This document shows, in pieces, positions 19,330 to 29,844 of a stretch of DNA of 64,000 bases (positions within the stretch are counted from its first letter, which is position 1; each line of letters opens with the position of its first letter). The notes below the pieces were generated by a model that was not told the DNA's origin, made no database searches, and worked only from the letters and a program-made list of their open reading frames with translations. The position numbers and the translations under genes were made by a program. The DNA is from a virus (lineage: Duplodnaviria; Caudoviricetes), in the IMG/VR virus record IMGVR_UViG_3300024346_000006, one strand, 5' to 3'.

Positions 19330-22300
19330 ATACTGGATATCCTCTAATTACTTTTGCATCTTGGTCAAAGTCATAGAATATTTCTTCGGAAACTTCAAAT
19401 TCACAATTAAGTACAAACGGTTCAATATTTTCCAAATATGTAAATTGATTGTTCTCAGATTCTACATATGGATATGTTGTATTAAAATATTCGATAGAAA
19501 CTTGTGATAATTTAGTTTGGTTTACATTGTATTTGTCTGTTGTTCCGATTTCAAGTTTAACAAAACTTTCAATATATTCTATATATTCTTCTTTCTTTTC
19601 TTCTGACATAAAACTTCTGGAATTAACTATAAAATTTGTATTCCATATATAATCATCATAAGTGATAATACCATCATTATAATTATTTATTGCCTGTATC
19701 CATGCAATATCAAGTGCGGTATTGTTTCTAGTAGGATCATATGTGTAATACCCTTTATTTCTTTGGTCTGCTATCCATTTTAATCTATCTTGATTTTCTG
19801 GTGTCTGTATTTTATCTGATTTATGTAAGAATAAATCTTTATCATATGTAAAGTTATTCCAGATTGGCATCACTAACTCTATACTTTTAATCAATCCACC
19901 ACTATTATCAATAATAAAATCATGCACTACTGCCCGTAAAGATGTCTCTTCACTTTCAACATATCTGAAAGATGTGACTGGTTCTTCATCTGTAATTGCA
20001 AAATAACCTTCACTTGCAACATTTTCATCTATAATATCCTGCAACTCATCGATTCTTTCTTGTATAAGAGTTGCAGTGTTTCCTGTCGCAAACACCAAAT
20101 CTTCTTGCAGTTTTGCAATTTCAATTGCTGCAGTTTGAGTACTAGGAACAAAAACAGAAGTTTGAGTAGTTTCAGTCGATGTTATATTAATTTCTCCTTG
20201 TAATTCTCTATACTCATATCGTGTTACTGTTACAGTTTCAACGCCAGTATTTCTCAAAACCTCAGTCGTATAATCAAACCCAACACTATCAATTACAAGT
20301 ATAGTATCGTCTTGTATAAGAACCTCTCCAAATGAATATCTTTCAGTGCCAGAATGTATCACATCCAATTCACCCCTAGTAGTGTTTGTGCCAGTCATTT
20401 GCAAAGTAAATATTCTAGGGTTGGTTAATTGGAAATCGGAATAATCATAGTCTATATTATCAGCATGTGAAGTCCACACACCATCTATTTCTTGTCCCTG
20501 ACTTTTCATCCAAGTTTCAAATGCGTTTTTTCTTACAAACATATCAGTTTCGCTGAGCCTACCTTTAATAGTATTACCATCCACCTCTAAACAATCAGGC
20601 AGCCTACCAGTTTTATCATTTTTAATTATTTCATATTTAAAGTTGTATTGTTTTTTACCCGCTCTAGCCAATCCCCATCCACTTTCAAACGAACCGTTCT
20701 TATCTAAATCCCAATCTATATCAGAAAACTCAAATAAAAATTTTCCACCACTACCAACATCACCTAAAACTTGCGTTTCTCTATATTCTTGGTCTACATG
20801 AAATGCACCAGAACCATGGTTTTTTCCTGCACTATTTTCTTTTATAAACCCTAAAAATGCCCCCTCTTTATATCTACTCTTAGGAACTTCTACGGTAGTA
20901 GGTTCGTGTCCATATGCATCCGATCCATCACTTCTAGGATGGCCACTTTCATATTTTTCATAATAGGTAGTTTGGAATTTTGTAGCATCCCAAAGATTAG
21001 ACGAAACACCAACAAAAGAATCAAAAATAAATTCATATGTTGGCTGATCACTTATAATAAATTTCGGTTTAAATATTTCTTCGAGCATTTTAAATTTAAA
21101 ACTATTTTTAGGATCAATACCAGTATCCTTTGCAAGTAAATAGTTTTGTTCAATTATATAAGTGACATCATCCATACTATATTGGAAAGGACTAAAGTTT
21201 AAACTGGTGTTCCATTCATCCAAATCAATAAAGAATAATTTATTAACATATGTCTTGTCTAAAGTTTCTGTATAGAAAGGCGCAACATTAAATTGAATAT
21301 CTCTCACTCTTTCAAAGAAAACAGATTTAGGATAATCAAATTCAAATATTTTAACAGTCTCTTTAAATAAAGTATTATCTAAAACAATATCTCTAGATTT
21401 TATAAAGTAATCATTGGGTGAAATTACAACATCCATTACCTCTTCAATCTGTTGGTTATATTTAAATGCAGAATCTTTATATTTTGCAAAGTAATGATTA
21501 ATAGGAATATTAATATCCTTTGGTTTTCCAAAATATAATGATTTTGTTATATCAGATGCCTCATCACTAGGTTTAAAATAATATAAACCAGTATTGGTAT
21601 CTAATATCAAATCTTGTGTGTTAGATGTAGTAAATTCTGCCCTTGGTAATTCGCCCAATAAATTAAGATTATCTCTTATTATAGTATATTCAGCTCTTGG
21701 TAAATCTCCAAAGTTATAAGTCATTCCTGCAAGATTTACTTCCCAAATCTTTGTTATTAAATCTTGTTTTACTTTTAGTCCGCCTAGAGTTTGTTCAAAT
21801 ATTGGCATACTTGGTTGTCTATCAACAAAGTCCATTTCCCATATTTTAGAAATGTCTAGTGACTTTCCACCAGTAAACGGCGAATAGTCGAAGTGAATAG
21901 TTTTTGCTTGCAATATCATATTAATATTGTTATAATCTAAAATTGTCGAACCATATAAATCAGGCCGCATCAACTCAACGACATCTTGATTATATCCGTC
22001 CATTCCAACGGACAATTCAAAAGTTCTTAAATTAAATTTTGCAACAGCTTCCAATTCTTGTCTGTCAATAACAAATCTAGTTGGAGTAATTCTTTCAATA
22101 AAGTACGGATTTGAAACTGGGCCTGTTAACTCTTCTGATATATAAGTTCTTTCGGTTCCCATTCCACCAACTGCAATGAAACCATCCCTAGATGTTGGAT
22201 AGTCTTCAGAAGTAGTCTCTGTTTCTACATCAATTAATGGTTCGAATGTAACATCTTCCCAAGATGCATTTGCTGCAGAAAAGTTACTGATACCAATTCT

Positions 22301-24628
22301 AGCAGAAATAAACCTTTCCAGTTCTGGGTCTGATGCCAAATCAATTTCAATCTCTGTAGATGGATCAATAGTTTCTGGATCATCAAATTGACTTGTGTAA
22401 AGTTTTATAATGTTTGCACGTTTTTCAATTCTTATCTTTGTTCCATTCGGAAACATATTCCACTGAGGGCCTTGCGAATCTGTCTCTGCGTCCAAAAATT
22501 CAGCAGGAACTTCTGGTTTTGGTGCAGTAGGAGTTCCATCCCATATTTCATGATAGAAAGGATTGATATCTTTATCAAATTCATATTCATAATCAATAAC
22601 CTCATTGGGACGCAAACCTAACCATTCCCAAGGTTCCCCAAGAGTACTACTTGCTTGATTACAGTTTGCAATTGCCAACCAAGACTTGCCCCTAAAGTGT
22701 TGTCCAAGAGCTCGCAAAACACTTAATGTATATTCTTTTCCGTCTTCAAAGACAAAACCTATAATCAACCCAACTGCATCATTATCAAACTCTCCACTCT
22801 TTACTCTAACTTCTAAATTATAATTTTCATAAGATTCAAAAGAAACAAATCCAGTATAACCTCTAAAGTTTTGAGTAGAAACTATTTTATTATTGGCAAT
22901 ATCATATACATATGCAGTTTCCAATTCATGTTGTGGGTCAAATGGATATACTGCCTGATCTCCCAAATGAGAAAATCTATACCAAGAATTGAATATTTGT
23001 TCTGCTCGCAAACCATCAGTAAATGGGTTATCAAACAATCTAGGAATTCTTTCGATCTCAAACCAAACAATACCATCGTAGGATGGAAAATTGAGAGAAA
23101 GTAAATCAATACTTAAATGTACCCACTCGTTATCTACTTGTCCGCTCAAATCGAAATCAATTTCATCAATTAAAGAAGATGTATTTTTAGAATAAAAATT
23201 AGTTAAATCTTCCAATACATCTTCGTGTTTTTCTTTTGAGTGATAAGCAGATACTCTTAAATGTTCTTCAAATAAACTAAAATCTATGTCTTTAACACTT
23301 ACTGAAAAATGAAATACATCTTCAAGTGTGTCCATTCTCTGTGAAGGATGTCTTGGATGCCAGTATTTAAATGGAACGGTTGCAGTTTTTCTATAATAAC
23401 CATCTAATACAACATATACCCCATCTTGTTGTTCATCCAAGATAGAACTAATTTGCGGAATGTATCTTTTGTTTATATTATATTTGTTTTTAAATGCACC
23501 CTGATTAAACTCGTCATAAATTGATGTGTATGTTGTTGCTGTAACATTACCAAATAATAACTCAGAGTTTATGGTAGTATATAATTTCGCATTCGTGTCT
23601 TCGGCATATTGTTCGTCTATTTTTTCGCCATTTTTTATACCAATATACAAATATGCACATCTATAGTCCCATGCAGTATTTGCAAAACTTGTAATAAAAT
23701 TATTACTCAATTCGCCTGTCCATAAAGATTTATTGGCACTAGGTTCATCGTAAGTGTTTATAATAATCATATCACCATCAGAAAAAGTAGAAATAAAATT
23801 TCGTAGATTTATTGCATTGAAATAACCTACAGTTCTAACTTCTCTAAAAGTAACTGTAAAATTTTCTGGTGGTAAATTTTGTAATGTTGCCCTATTAAAA
23901 TATCCAGTTGGCGGTTCAACTGAGTGGTCGATGAACCCCATAGAATCTAATGCCGAAAAAGTATCGGGGTCATTTATATCATATGTTCCTACGAGTTCAT
24001 ATATCGTACCAACAACTGCGTCTTGCCCTGCTACCAAAAATGTACTAACAGATTCTGTACTGTCATAAGTATCATATTGAATACTATCAACAAATGTCCA
24101 AAAACTACCATTTTTGGTTAATTTTGTGACCCTAACCCCTCGACTTGTCTGATAGAGTTTTTTATCAATTTGTTTTGTGATTGGATTGTAATAATCAATC
24201 CTTTGAGCTCGATATTCACTAGAATTTGTGGTGACATCGGCAGCGTCCAATCCAATACTTTCTACCTCAATATAAAAGTTTGGATTATATTCTCCAATCC
24301 CACCCCTATGAATATTTGTTTGAACTAAGTTATCATAATATCTTTGTGATGAATTTATTCCGTTTGTATAGAAATAGTTTGCATAACCATCCTCATCAAG
24401 TTCTAGGCCATAGTTCCATACTAAATCAGAACGTCTAACCTCATATGTCTGTCCTTGATAAGTTTTTATTCTTTCTAGATCAATCGCATTATTTCTAGGA
24501 TCAATGTCTGGAGTAAAGTAATTTACATATTCGACCTGTGGTGGATCGATAGTTTCAACTACAATATTTGAAACTAGTTTAGTTGCAACCTGTATCTTTT
24601 GTCCATTGGCGGTTTGAAACTGTGGCAT
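19313..24628 (-). CDS. Large hypothetical protein (1771 aa) with a lectin-like domain shared with gp7; probably virion-associated
   Basis: Long ORF whose stop overlaps the PAAR start by 17 nt. Internal WYRFSH...YTGFVS...DNDAVGLIIGFV..KEYTLSVLR block matches one in gp7. GRLPDCLEVDGNTIKG resembles putative Ig-domain motifs. Confidence 0.75.
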   Translation of the reverse strand: MPQFQTANGQKIQVATKLVSNIVVETIDPPQVEYVNYFTPDIDPRNNAIDLERIKTYQGQTYEVRRSDLVWNYGLELDEDGYANYFYTNGINSSQRYYDNLVQTNIHRGGIGEYNPNFYIEVESIGLDAADVTTNSSEYRAQRIDYYNPITKQIDKKLYQTSRGVRVTKLTKNGSFWTFVDSIQYDTYDSTESVSTFLVAGQDAVVGTIYELVGTYDINDPDTFSALDSMGFIDHSVEPPTGYFNRATLQNLPPENFTVTFREVRTVGYFNAINLRNFISTFSDGDMIIINTYDEPSANKSLWTGELSNNFITSFANTAWDYRCAYLYIGIKNGEKIDEQYAEDTNAKLYTTINSELLFGNVTATTYTSIYDEFNQGAFKNKYNINKRYIPQISSILDEQQDGVYVVLDGYYRKTATVPFKYWHPRHPSQRMDTLEDVFHFSVSVKDIDFSLFEEHLRVSAYHSKEKHEDVLEDLTNFYSKNTSSLIDEIDFDLSGQVDNEWVHLSIDLLSLNFPSYDGIVWFEIERIPRLFDNPFTDGLRAEQIFNSWYRFSHLGDQAVYPFDPQHELETAYVYDIANNKIVSTQNFRGYTGFVSFESYENYNLEVRVKSGEFDNDAVGLIIGFVFEDGKEYTLSVLRALGQHFRGKSWLAIANCNQASSTLGEPWEWLGLRPNEVIDYEYEFDKDINPFYHEIWDGTPTAPKPEVPAEFLDAETDSQGPQWNMFPNGTKIRIEKRANIIKLYTSQFDDPETIDPSTEIEIDLASDPELERFISARIGISNFSAANASWEDVTFEPLIDVETETTSEDYPTSRDGFIAVGGMGTERTYISEELTGPVSNPYFIERITPTRFVIDRQELEAVAKFNLRTFELSVGMDGYNQDVVELMRPDLYGSTILDYNNINMILQAKTIHFDYSPFTGGKSLDISKIWEMDFVDRQPSMPIFEQTLGGLKVKQDLITKIWEVNLAGMTYNFGDLPRAEYTIIRDNLNLLGELPRAEFTTSNTQDLILDTNTGLYYFKPSDEASDITKSLYFGKPKDINIPINHYFAKYKDSAFKYNQQIEEVMDVVISPNDYFIKSRDIVLDNTLFKETVKIFEFDYPKSVFFERVRDIQFNVAPFYTETLDKTYVNKLFFIDLDEWNTSLNFSPFQYSMDDVTYIIEQNYLLAKDTGIDPKNSFKFKMLEEIFKPKFIISDQPTYEFIFDSFVGVSSNLWDATKFQTTYYEKYESGHPRSDGSDAYGHEPTTVEVPKSRYKEGAFLGFIKENSAGKNHGSGAFHVDQEYRETQVLGDVGSGGKFLFEFSDIDWDLDKNGSFESGWGLARAGKKQYNFKYEIIKNDKTGRLPDCLEVDGNTIKGRLSETDMFVRKNAFETWMKSQGQEIDGVWTSHADNIDYDYSDFQLTNPRIFTLQMTGTNTTRGELDVIHSGTERYSFGEVLIQDDTILVIDSVGFDYTTEVLRNTGVETVTVTRYEYRELQGEINITSTETTQTSVFVPSTQTAAIEIAKLQEDLVFATGNTATLIQERIDELQDIIDENVASEGYFAITDEEPVTSFRYVESEETSLRAVVHDFIIDNSGGLIKSIELVMPIWNNFTYDKDLFLHKSDKIQTPENQDRLKWIADQRNKGYYTYDPTRNNTALDIAWIQAINNYNDGIITYDDYIWNTNFIVNSRSFMSEEKKEEYIEYIESFVKLEIGTTDKYNVNQTKLSQVSIEYFNTTYPYVESENNQFTYLENIEPFVLNCEFEVSEEIFYDFDQDAKVIRGYPVYASCN

Positions 24629-24641
24629 TTTTAACTATCCA

Positions 24642-27600
24642 TCAACTAAAAAATCTGTTGCCCAGTTCTCTATCAACAAACGGGCCAATATATTTATTTG
24701 CTGATAAGACGGGCACTAAGACATATAATTTTATTTCACCATCTCTCATTACGATTGTACCAAGTTCCCTTGTTCCATCATCTTGACTAGGTGGATTATT
24801 TGGTGCATCTTCATCAATCTCTTCATCGTTTGTAGGTGGAGCGGTTGGGTCATCGGTTGGTTCTTCATCTGGAGTAACTGGTGGTTGCGAATCATCATCA
24901 GTTTCTTCGTCTGGAGTAACTGGTGGTTGCGAATCATCATCAGTTTCTTCGTCTGGAGTAATTGGAGGCTCAGAAACATCTGGAGTACCATCTTCATCAC
25001 TAACAGGTGGTTGTGAAACATCTGGATTTTCATCCGTATCTGTTGCTGGTGGTTCTGAGACATCTTCTGTATCATCAGTATCTGTTACCGGCGGTTCTGA
25101 GACATCTTCCGTATCATCAGTGTCTGTTATGGGTGGTTCTGAAACATCATCAGCAGTTTCTTCATCAGCTACCGCCGGTGTCGTATCATCCTCTTGTGCA
25201 TCAACTGATGCTTCATCGGCACCACCTTCATCAGTTTGTCCTTCGCCATCAGAAACTCTAACTGATGGGTCTGTTTCAAAATCGTCCTCATCGCCAGGCG
25301 GAACTCCAGGCTGGTCTTCTGGGACTTCATCATCTGAACCAGTAGGAAGTTCTTCATCATTTGTATCATTTCCATCTGTAACTGGCGGAGTTGTATCATC
25401 TTCTCCATCCACATCAGTGGAAGGAACCGAATCAATATCATCCACACCATCTTCATCAGTAGAAGGAACTGAAACGGTATTATCCTCTTCGTCTTCATCA
25501 GTGGAAGGAACTGCATCAGTAGCATCAACAGTATCACCCCCAGATGATTCTGTTGTGTCCGTATTATCACCAACGGTTTCGTCATCTGATGTAGATGTAT
25601 CTGTCACATCATCTACTGTATCTTGTTCTCCACCAACTCCAGCATCAGTATCTTCTACAGCATCGCCTTCAGTTGTCGGGTCTCCAGATTCGTCTGTAGT
25701 TTGATCTATACCATCTTCAGTAGTATCTGTTTCATCACTAACCGTAGCATCTTCACCTCTAGGATCGCTTGGTTGATCTGTAGTTTGATCTATACCATCT
25801 TCAGTAGTATCTGTTTCATCACTAACCGTAGCATCTTCACCTCTAGGATCGCTTGGTTGATCTGTAGTTTGATCTATACCATCTTCAGTAGTATCTGTCT
25901 GATCGTCAACTGCATCGTCTTCTGAGGTTGGTTGGACAGACTCGTCTGTAGTTTCATCTGTGCCGTCTTTGGTAGTATCAGTTTCGTCTTCTGTTTCATC
26001 TACAGATGGTTCTAATGAAGTAGTATCATCTTCTGTTTCATCTACAGATGGTTCTGATGAAGTAGTATCATCTTCCGTTTCATCTACAGATGGTTCTGAT
26101 GAAGTAGTATCATCTTGCGTTGTATCTGTTTCTGTTTCAGTTGAAGTTGTGTCATCTGCTGTTTCATCTACATCTGAGACAGGCGGTTGGTTTGAATCCT
26201 CACGTTCATCGACATCAACCTCTATACCATCATTTTCATCATTTGGTTCTTCTGAATCAATGACTGGTTCATTCAGTTCATCAGTAGTTTGATTATCATC
26301 AGTAGCAGAAGTTGTAGAGTCATCTTCGGATGCAGTATCATCAGTAACAGAAGTTGTAGAGTCATCTTCGGATGCAGTATCATCAGTAGCAGAAGTTGTA
26401 GAGTCATCTTCTGAAGTCTCAGTATCTACTGCCGTTGTTGTTCCATCATCTTCTGTGGCAGCATCATCAGTAACAGAAGTTGTTGAATCATCTTCTGTGG
26501 CAGCATCATCAGTAACAGAAGTTGTAGGGTCATCATCAGAGGTTTCATCTGCACTAGAAGTTGCATCACTATCATCATCCAAACCATCATCACCAACGTT
26601 ATTGGTTTCTTGTTGATCCGCCGATGTATCAGAATCAGATTCTATATCTCCCGATTCATCAACTGATGTATCGGTGTCCGTACTGGTTTCTGCCTGTTGG
26701 TCTGATGTTGTATCAGAATCAGATTCTATATCTCCCGATTCATCAACTGATGTATCGGTGTCCGTACTGGTTTCTGCCTGTTGGTCTGATGTTGTATCAG
26801 AATCAGATTCAGTGTCGCCAGATTCATCAACTGATGTATCGGTGTCCGTACTGGTTTCTGCCTGTTGGTCTGATGTTGTATCAGAATCAGATTCTATATC
26901 TCCCGATTCATCAACTGGTGTATCGGTGTCCGTACTGGTTTCTATTTGTTGATCTACTGTTGTATCAGAATCGGATTCTGTATCTCCCGATTCATCAACT
27001 GGTGTGTCTGTTTCCGTTTCTGATACAGTCTGCTCATCCGTAACATCACTTGCATCATCTGAAACTGGTTGTGCTTCATCCTCAACCTCAGAGTCTGGCG
27101 TTTCTGTTGTGCTAGGGTCTTCCTCTGGTACTTCACTAGGAGTTGTAGTATCTTCTGTTGCATCTTCTGGAGTTTCAGTATCAGTCCCACCTTCAAGTTC
27201 AGAATCAGAAACCACATTTCCATCAGATACAGTTTCTGAAGACTCATCTTCTTCATCTAAAGATGGTGAAGGTGTCGAATCCGTATCATCATCTACAGTT
27301 GCGTCAGGAGATTCGGTAGCGTCTGTGCTATCGTCTATTGTTACATCTGGCGACTCTGTGGTGTCTGTGCTATCGTCTATTGTTACATCTGGCGACTCTG
27401 TGGTGTCTGTGCTATCGTCTATTGTTACATCTGGTGCGTCACTAATATCCGTATCATCATCTACCGTGGCATCATCTACTGAAGTTTCTGCAACCTCATC
27501 ATCGACACTTGTATCAGAAGTTGTTGAATCTGCACTATCTTCTTCGACAACCTCTCCATCACTTCCAATTGAAATTTGTTCGTCTGAAGTGGTATCCTGC

Positions 27601-29801
27601 GAATCTACTGTTTCACTAGCAGCATCCAACTTTTCTTCCAGTTGTTGTTCTTCTGGAGACTCTTCTGTTCTTTCTTGTTCAACACCTTCCGTTGTTTCTA
27701 CTGTGGTATCAATATCTGCGGCAACTTCTTCTACTACATCTTGTTCTTCTGAACTATCTAACGCAGAAGTTTCTATTACATCAACGGTTTCTTCTTTTGC
27801 CTGATCTAGTGTTGATAAAGCTTCAGTTGTTTCATCAATTTCTGGTAAAATAAATGTTTCGGTTAAAGTTTCTTCCAAAAATTCTTGTAGTACTGTTGAA
27901 AGACTTTCTCTGACTAATTCTTGGGTTATATTTTCTAATTGAATATTTTCTAAATCTAATAAAATATCTGGAGTTAAAAGACTTTGAATATCTTCTAAGT
28001 TTTGAATATCTGCAGTTTTTAATTCTTCAGAATCACTTAATTCCGACAATACTTGAATTAGAAAATCTGGAGTTATTTCTTCGGCAAAAGATTCTAATTG
28101 ATTTGTTAAAATATTTTCTAGGTCAGAAAAGAGATCTGATAGTTTTAATTCTTCATTGTCTGTTAATTCTTCTCTAACCTGTTCTAAAAGAGCCAGCTGA
28201 ATAGTTTCTGATAATGTATCTGGTGTAGATGTTTCTGGGGAATCAGTAACGGCAAGTAGTTCTTGTTCAGAAGTTTCAATTACATCGTCTTCAGTAAATG
28301 TATCTGGTGTAGATGTTTCTGGGGAATCAGTAACGGCAAGTAGTTCTTGTTCAGAAGTTTCAATTACATCGTCTTCAGTAAATGTATCTGGTGCAGATGT
28401 TTCTGGAGAGTCTATTACTGCCAACAACTCCTGTTCAGAAGTTTCAAGTACATCGTCTTCAGTAAATGTATCTGGTGCAGATGTTTCTGGAGAGTCTATT
28501 ACTGCCAACAACTCCTGTTCAGAAGTTTCTACAACTTCATCTTCAGTAAATGTTTCTGGTGTAGATGTTTCTGGAGAGTCTATTACTGCCAACAACTCTT
28601 GTTCAGAAGTTTCTACAACTTCATCTTCCGCAAATGTTTCTGGTGTAGATGTTTCTGGGGAATCAGTAACGGCAAGTAGTTCTTGGTCTGAAGTCTCAAT
28701 CACATCTCCATCTACAAATGTTTCTTGTTCAGAAGTTTCTGGAGAATCAGTAACGGCAAGTAGTTCTTGTTCAGAAGTTTCTGGAGAATCAGTAACGGCA
28801 AGTAGTTCTTGTTCAGAAGTTTCTGGAGAATCAGTAACGGCAAGTAGTTCTTGTTCAGAAGTTTCTAAAACTTCATCTTCTACAAATGTTTCTTGTTCAG
28901 AAGTTTCTGGAGAGTCAGTAACGGCAAGTAGTTCTTGGTCTGAAGTTTCTAAAACTTCATCTTCTACAAATGTTTCTTGTTCAGAAGTTTCTAAAGTTTC
29001 TTGAACCAATTCTTGCGTGTAATCTTGAGATTCTTGGGTTTCCAAAACACTATCAATATCCGCATCCTTTGCGGTACTAATCTCTGTAATCTCTACACTC
29101 TCTTGGGATGTTGTTTCTATAATCTCAGTTTCAGAAGTTAAGAGTGCATCCCTAAATTCTTCAAATTCTTTGGCAAGTAAAATTTCTAAATCACCAAGGG
29201 CTTCCTGATATACTTCTGAAAAATTTTCTTGAATGAGTGTAGATAGTTGTTCTTTTACACTTTCAAAATCTACATCACCGGCATTTAATTGGTTTATGAT
29301 ACTTTGGAATACAGTTGTATCGGAATCAGTTAATGTGGGAGATGTCGTATCAATTTTCTCAAGGTCGTCATTAGTTGATGAAGTTGTTCTATCTGCATCA
29401 AAGTTTGCAACCTCTGGATCATTTAATTCTATAATATAATCTATCGTTGTGCCATCTGCAACAATACTATATGTGTTGGATTGATTTAGAGTTGGGTTTT
29501 CTAATGATAATTGTACTACATCATTATTGGATATTGTTGTGCTTGTGCCTTGACTAGTGCCATTGACAAGAATATCTCCAGCAGAAAATGATAATGTTGT
29601 AGAAGATGTAAGTCCAGAAACAAATACTATATTTGATAATACAGTAATATCCCAAGAAGTTGATGTTGCATCGTAGGTGTATGTAAGTCCATTTTGTTCA
29701 ACAACTTGGCCATCAGAAGGTGCATCGATTCCAACTGGAGAATCAATTCCAACTTTGACTTTTACTACATCGTTAAATAAAAATATATTTTCTACAGACA
29801 T
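24642..29801 (-). CDS. Extremely acidic D/E/T/S-rich low-complexity repeat protein (1719 aa)
   Basis: Continuous ORF with a globular-looking N-terminus (about 130 aa), multiple tandem repeat arrays almost free of K/R/aromatics/Cys, and a short normal-composition C-terminus. Confidence 0.8.
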   Translation of the reverse strand: MSVENIFLFNDVVKVKVGIDSPVGIDAPSDGQVVEQNGLTYTYDATSTSWDITVLSNIVFVSGLTSSTTLSFSAGDILVNGTSQGTSTTISNNDVVQLSLENPTLNQSNTYSIVADGTTIDYIIELNDPEVANFDADRTTSSTNDDLEKIDTTSPTLTDSDTTVFQSIINQLNAGDVDFESVKEQLSTLIQENFSEVYQEALGDLEILLAKEFEEFRDALLTSETEIIETTSQESVEITEISTAKDADIDSVLETQESQDYTQELVQETLETSEQETFVEDEVLETSDQELLAVTDSPETSEQETFVEDEVLETSEQELLAVTDSPETSEQELLAVTDSPETSEQELLAVTDSPETSEQETFVDGDVIETSDQELLAVTDSPETSTPETFAEDEVVETSEQELLAVIDSPETSTPETFTEDEVVETSEQELLAVIDSPETSAPDTFTEDDVLETSEQELLAVIDSPETSAPDTFTEDDVIETSEQELLAVTDSPETSTPDTFTEDDVIETSEQELLAVTDSPETSTPDTLSETIQLALLEQVREELTDNEELKLSDLFSDLENILTNQLESFAEEITPDFLIQVLSELSDSEELKTADIQNLEDIQSLLTPDILLDLENIQLENITQELVRESLSTVLQEFLEETLTETFILPEIDETTEALSTLDQAKEETVDVIETSALDSSEEQDVVEEVAADIDTTVETTEGVEQERTEESPEEQQLEEKLDAASETVDSQDTTSDEQISIGSDGEVVEEDSADSTTSDTSVDDEVAETSVDDATVDDDTDISDAPDVTIDDSTDTTESPDVTIDDSTDTTESPDVTIDDSTDATESPDATVDDDTDSTPSPSLDEEDESSETVSDGNVVSDSELEGGTDTETPEDATEDTTTPSEVPEEDPSTTETPDSEVEDEAQPVSDDASDVTDEQTVSETETDTPVDESGDTESDSDTTVDQQIETSTDTDTPVDESGDIESDSDTTSDQQAETSTDTDTSVDESGDTESDSDTTSDQQAETSTDTDTSVDESGDIESDSDTTSDQQAETSTDTDTSVDESGDIESDSDTSADQQETNNVGDDGLDDDSDATSSADETSDDDPTTSVTDDAATEDDSTTSVTDDAATEDDGTTTAVDTETSEDDSTTSATDDTASEDDSTTSVTDDTASEDDSTTSATDDNQTTDELNEPVIDSEEPNDENDGIEVDVDEREDSNQPPVSDVDETADDTTSTETETDTTQDDTTSSEPSVDETEDDTTSSEPSVDETEDDTTSLEPSVDETEDETDTTKDGTDETTDESVQPTSEDDAVDDQTDTTEDGIDQTTDQPSDPRGEDATVSDETDTTEDGIDQTTDQPSDPRGEDATVSDETDTTEDGIDQTTDESGDPTTEGDAVEDTDAGVGGEQDTVDDVTDTSTSDDETVGDNTDTTESSGGDTVDATDAVPSTDEDEEDNTVSVPSTDEDGVDDIDSVPSTDVDGEDDTTPPVTDGNDTNDEELPTGSDDEVPEDQPGVPPGDEDDFETDPSVRVSDGEGQTDEGGADEASVDAQEDDTTPAVADEETADDVSEPPITDTDDTEDVSEPPVTDTDDTEDVSEPPATDTDENPDVSQPPVSDEDGTPDVSEPPITPDEETDDDSQPPVTPDEETDDDSQPPVTPDEEPTDDPTAPPTNDEEIDEDAPNNPPSQDDGTRELGTIVMRDGEIKLYVLVPVLSANKYIGPFVDRELGNRFFS
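24830..29000 (-). repeat. Several distinct in-frame tandem arrays (39, 42, 75 and 84 bp units)
   Basis: ELLAVTDSPETS..E (about 28200-29000), DVTIDDSTDTTESP (about 27300-27430), SDSDTTSDQQAETSTDTDTSVDESGDxE (about 26620-27020), DDSTTSxTDDxAxE (about 26290-26540), DTTSSEPSVDETED (about 25990-26110), DETDTTEDGIDQTTDQPSDPRGEDATVS (about 25690-25900), PDEETDDDSQPPVT (about 24860-24960). Confidence 0.9.
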
Positions 29802-29814
29802 TTTTCTTTGGTAT

Positions 29815-29843
29815 AAAAAAAGGGGAGACTTTATGTCTCCCCT
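29815..29843 (-). terminator. Rho-independent terminator
   Basis: Minus strand AGGGGAGAC-ATAAA-GTCTCCCCT-TTTTTT: perfect 9-bp stem plus U-tract, about 30 nt after the stop of the 1564-aa gene. Confidence 0.9.
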
Positions 29844-29844
29844 A

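Noticed and set aside
24691-24698. AATAAATA late-promoter-like motif upstream of the 1771-aa gene
   Set aside because: It is a one-mismatch variant inside coding sequence at atypical spacing in AT-rich DNA, too weak to list.
24749-28679. Multiple 70-270 aa ORFs on the + strand and alternative frames (e.g. 25120..25704, 27004..27804, 26561..27043)
   Set aside because: These are shadow ORFs of the low-complexity D/E/T/S repeat gene, with no SD or promoter support and mirror-image composition.
24642-29801. Acidic protein as tape measure protein
   Set aside because: Tape measures are alpha-helical and A/L/K/E-rich with regularly spaced aromatics; this protein is P/D/T/S-rich and looks disordered.
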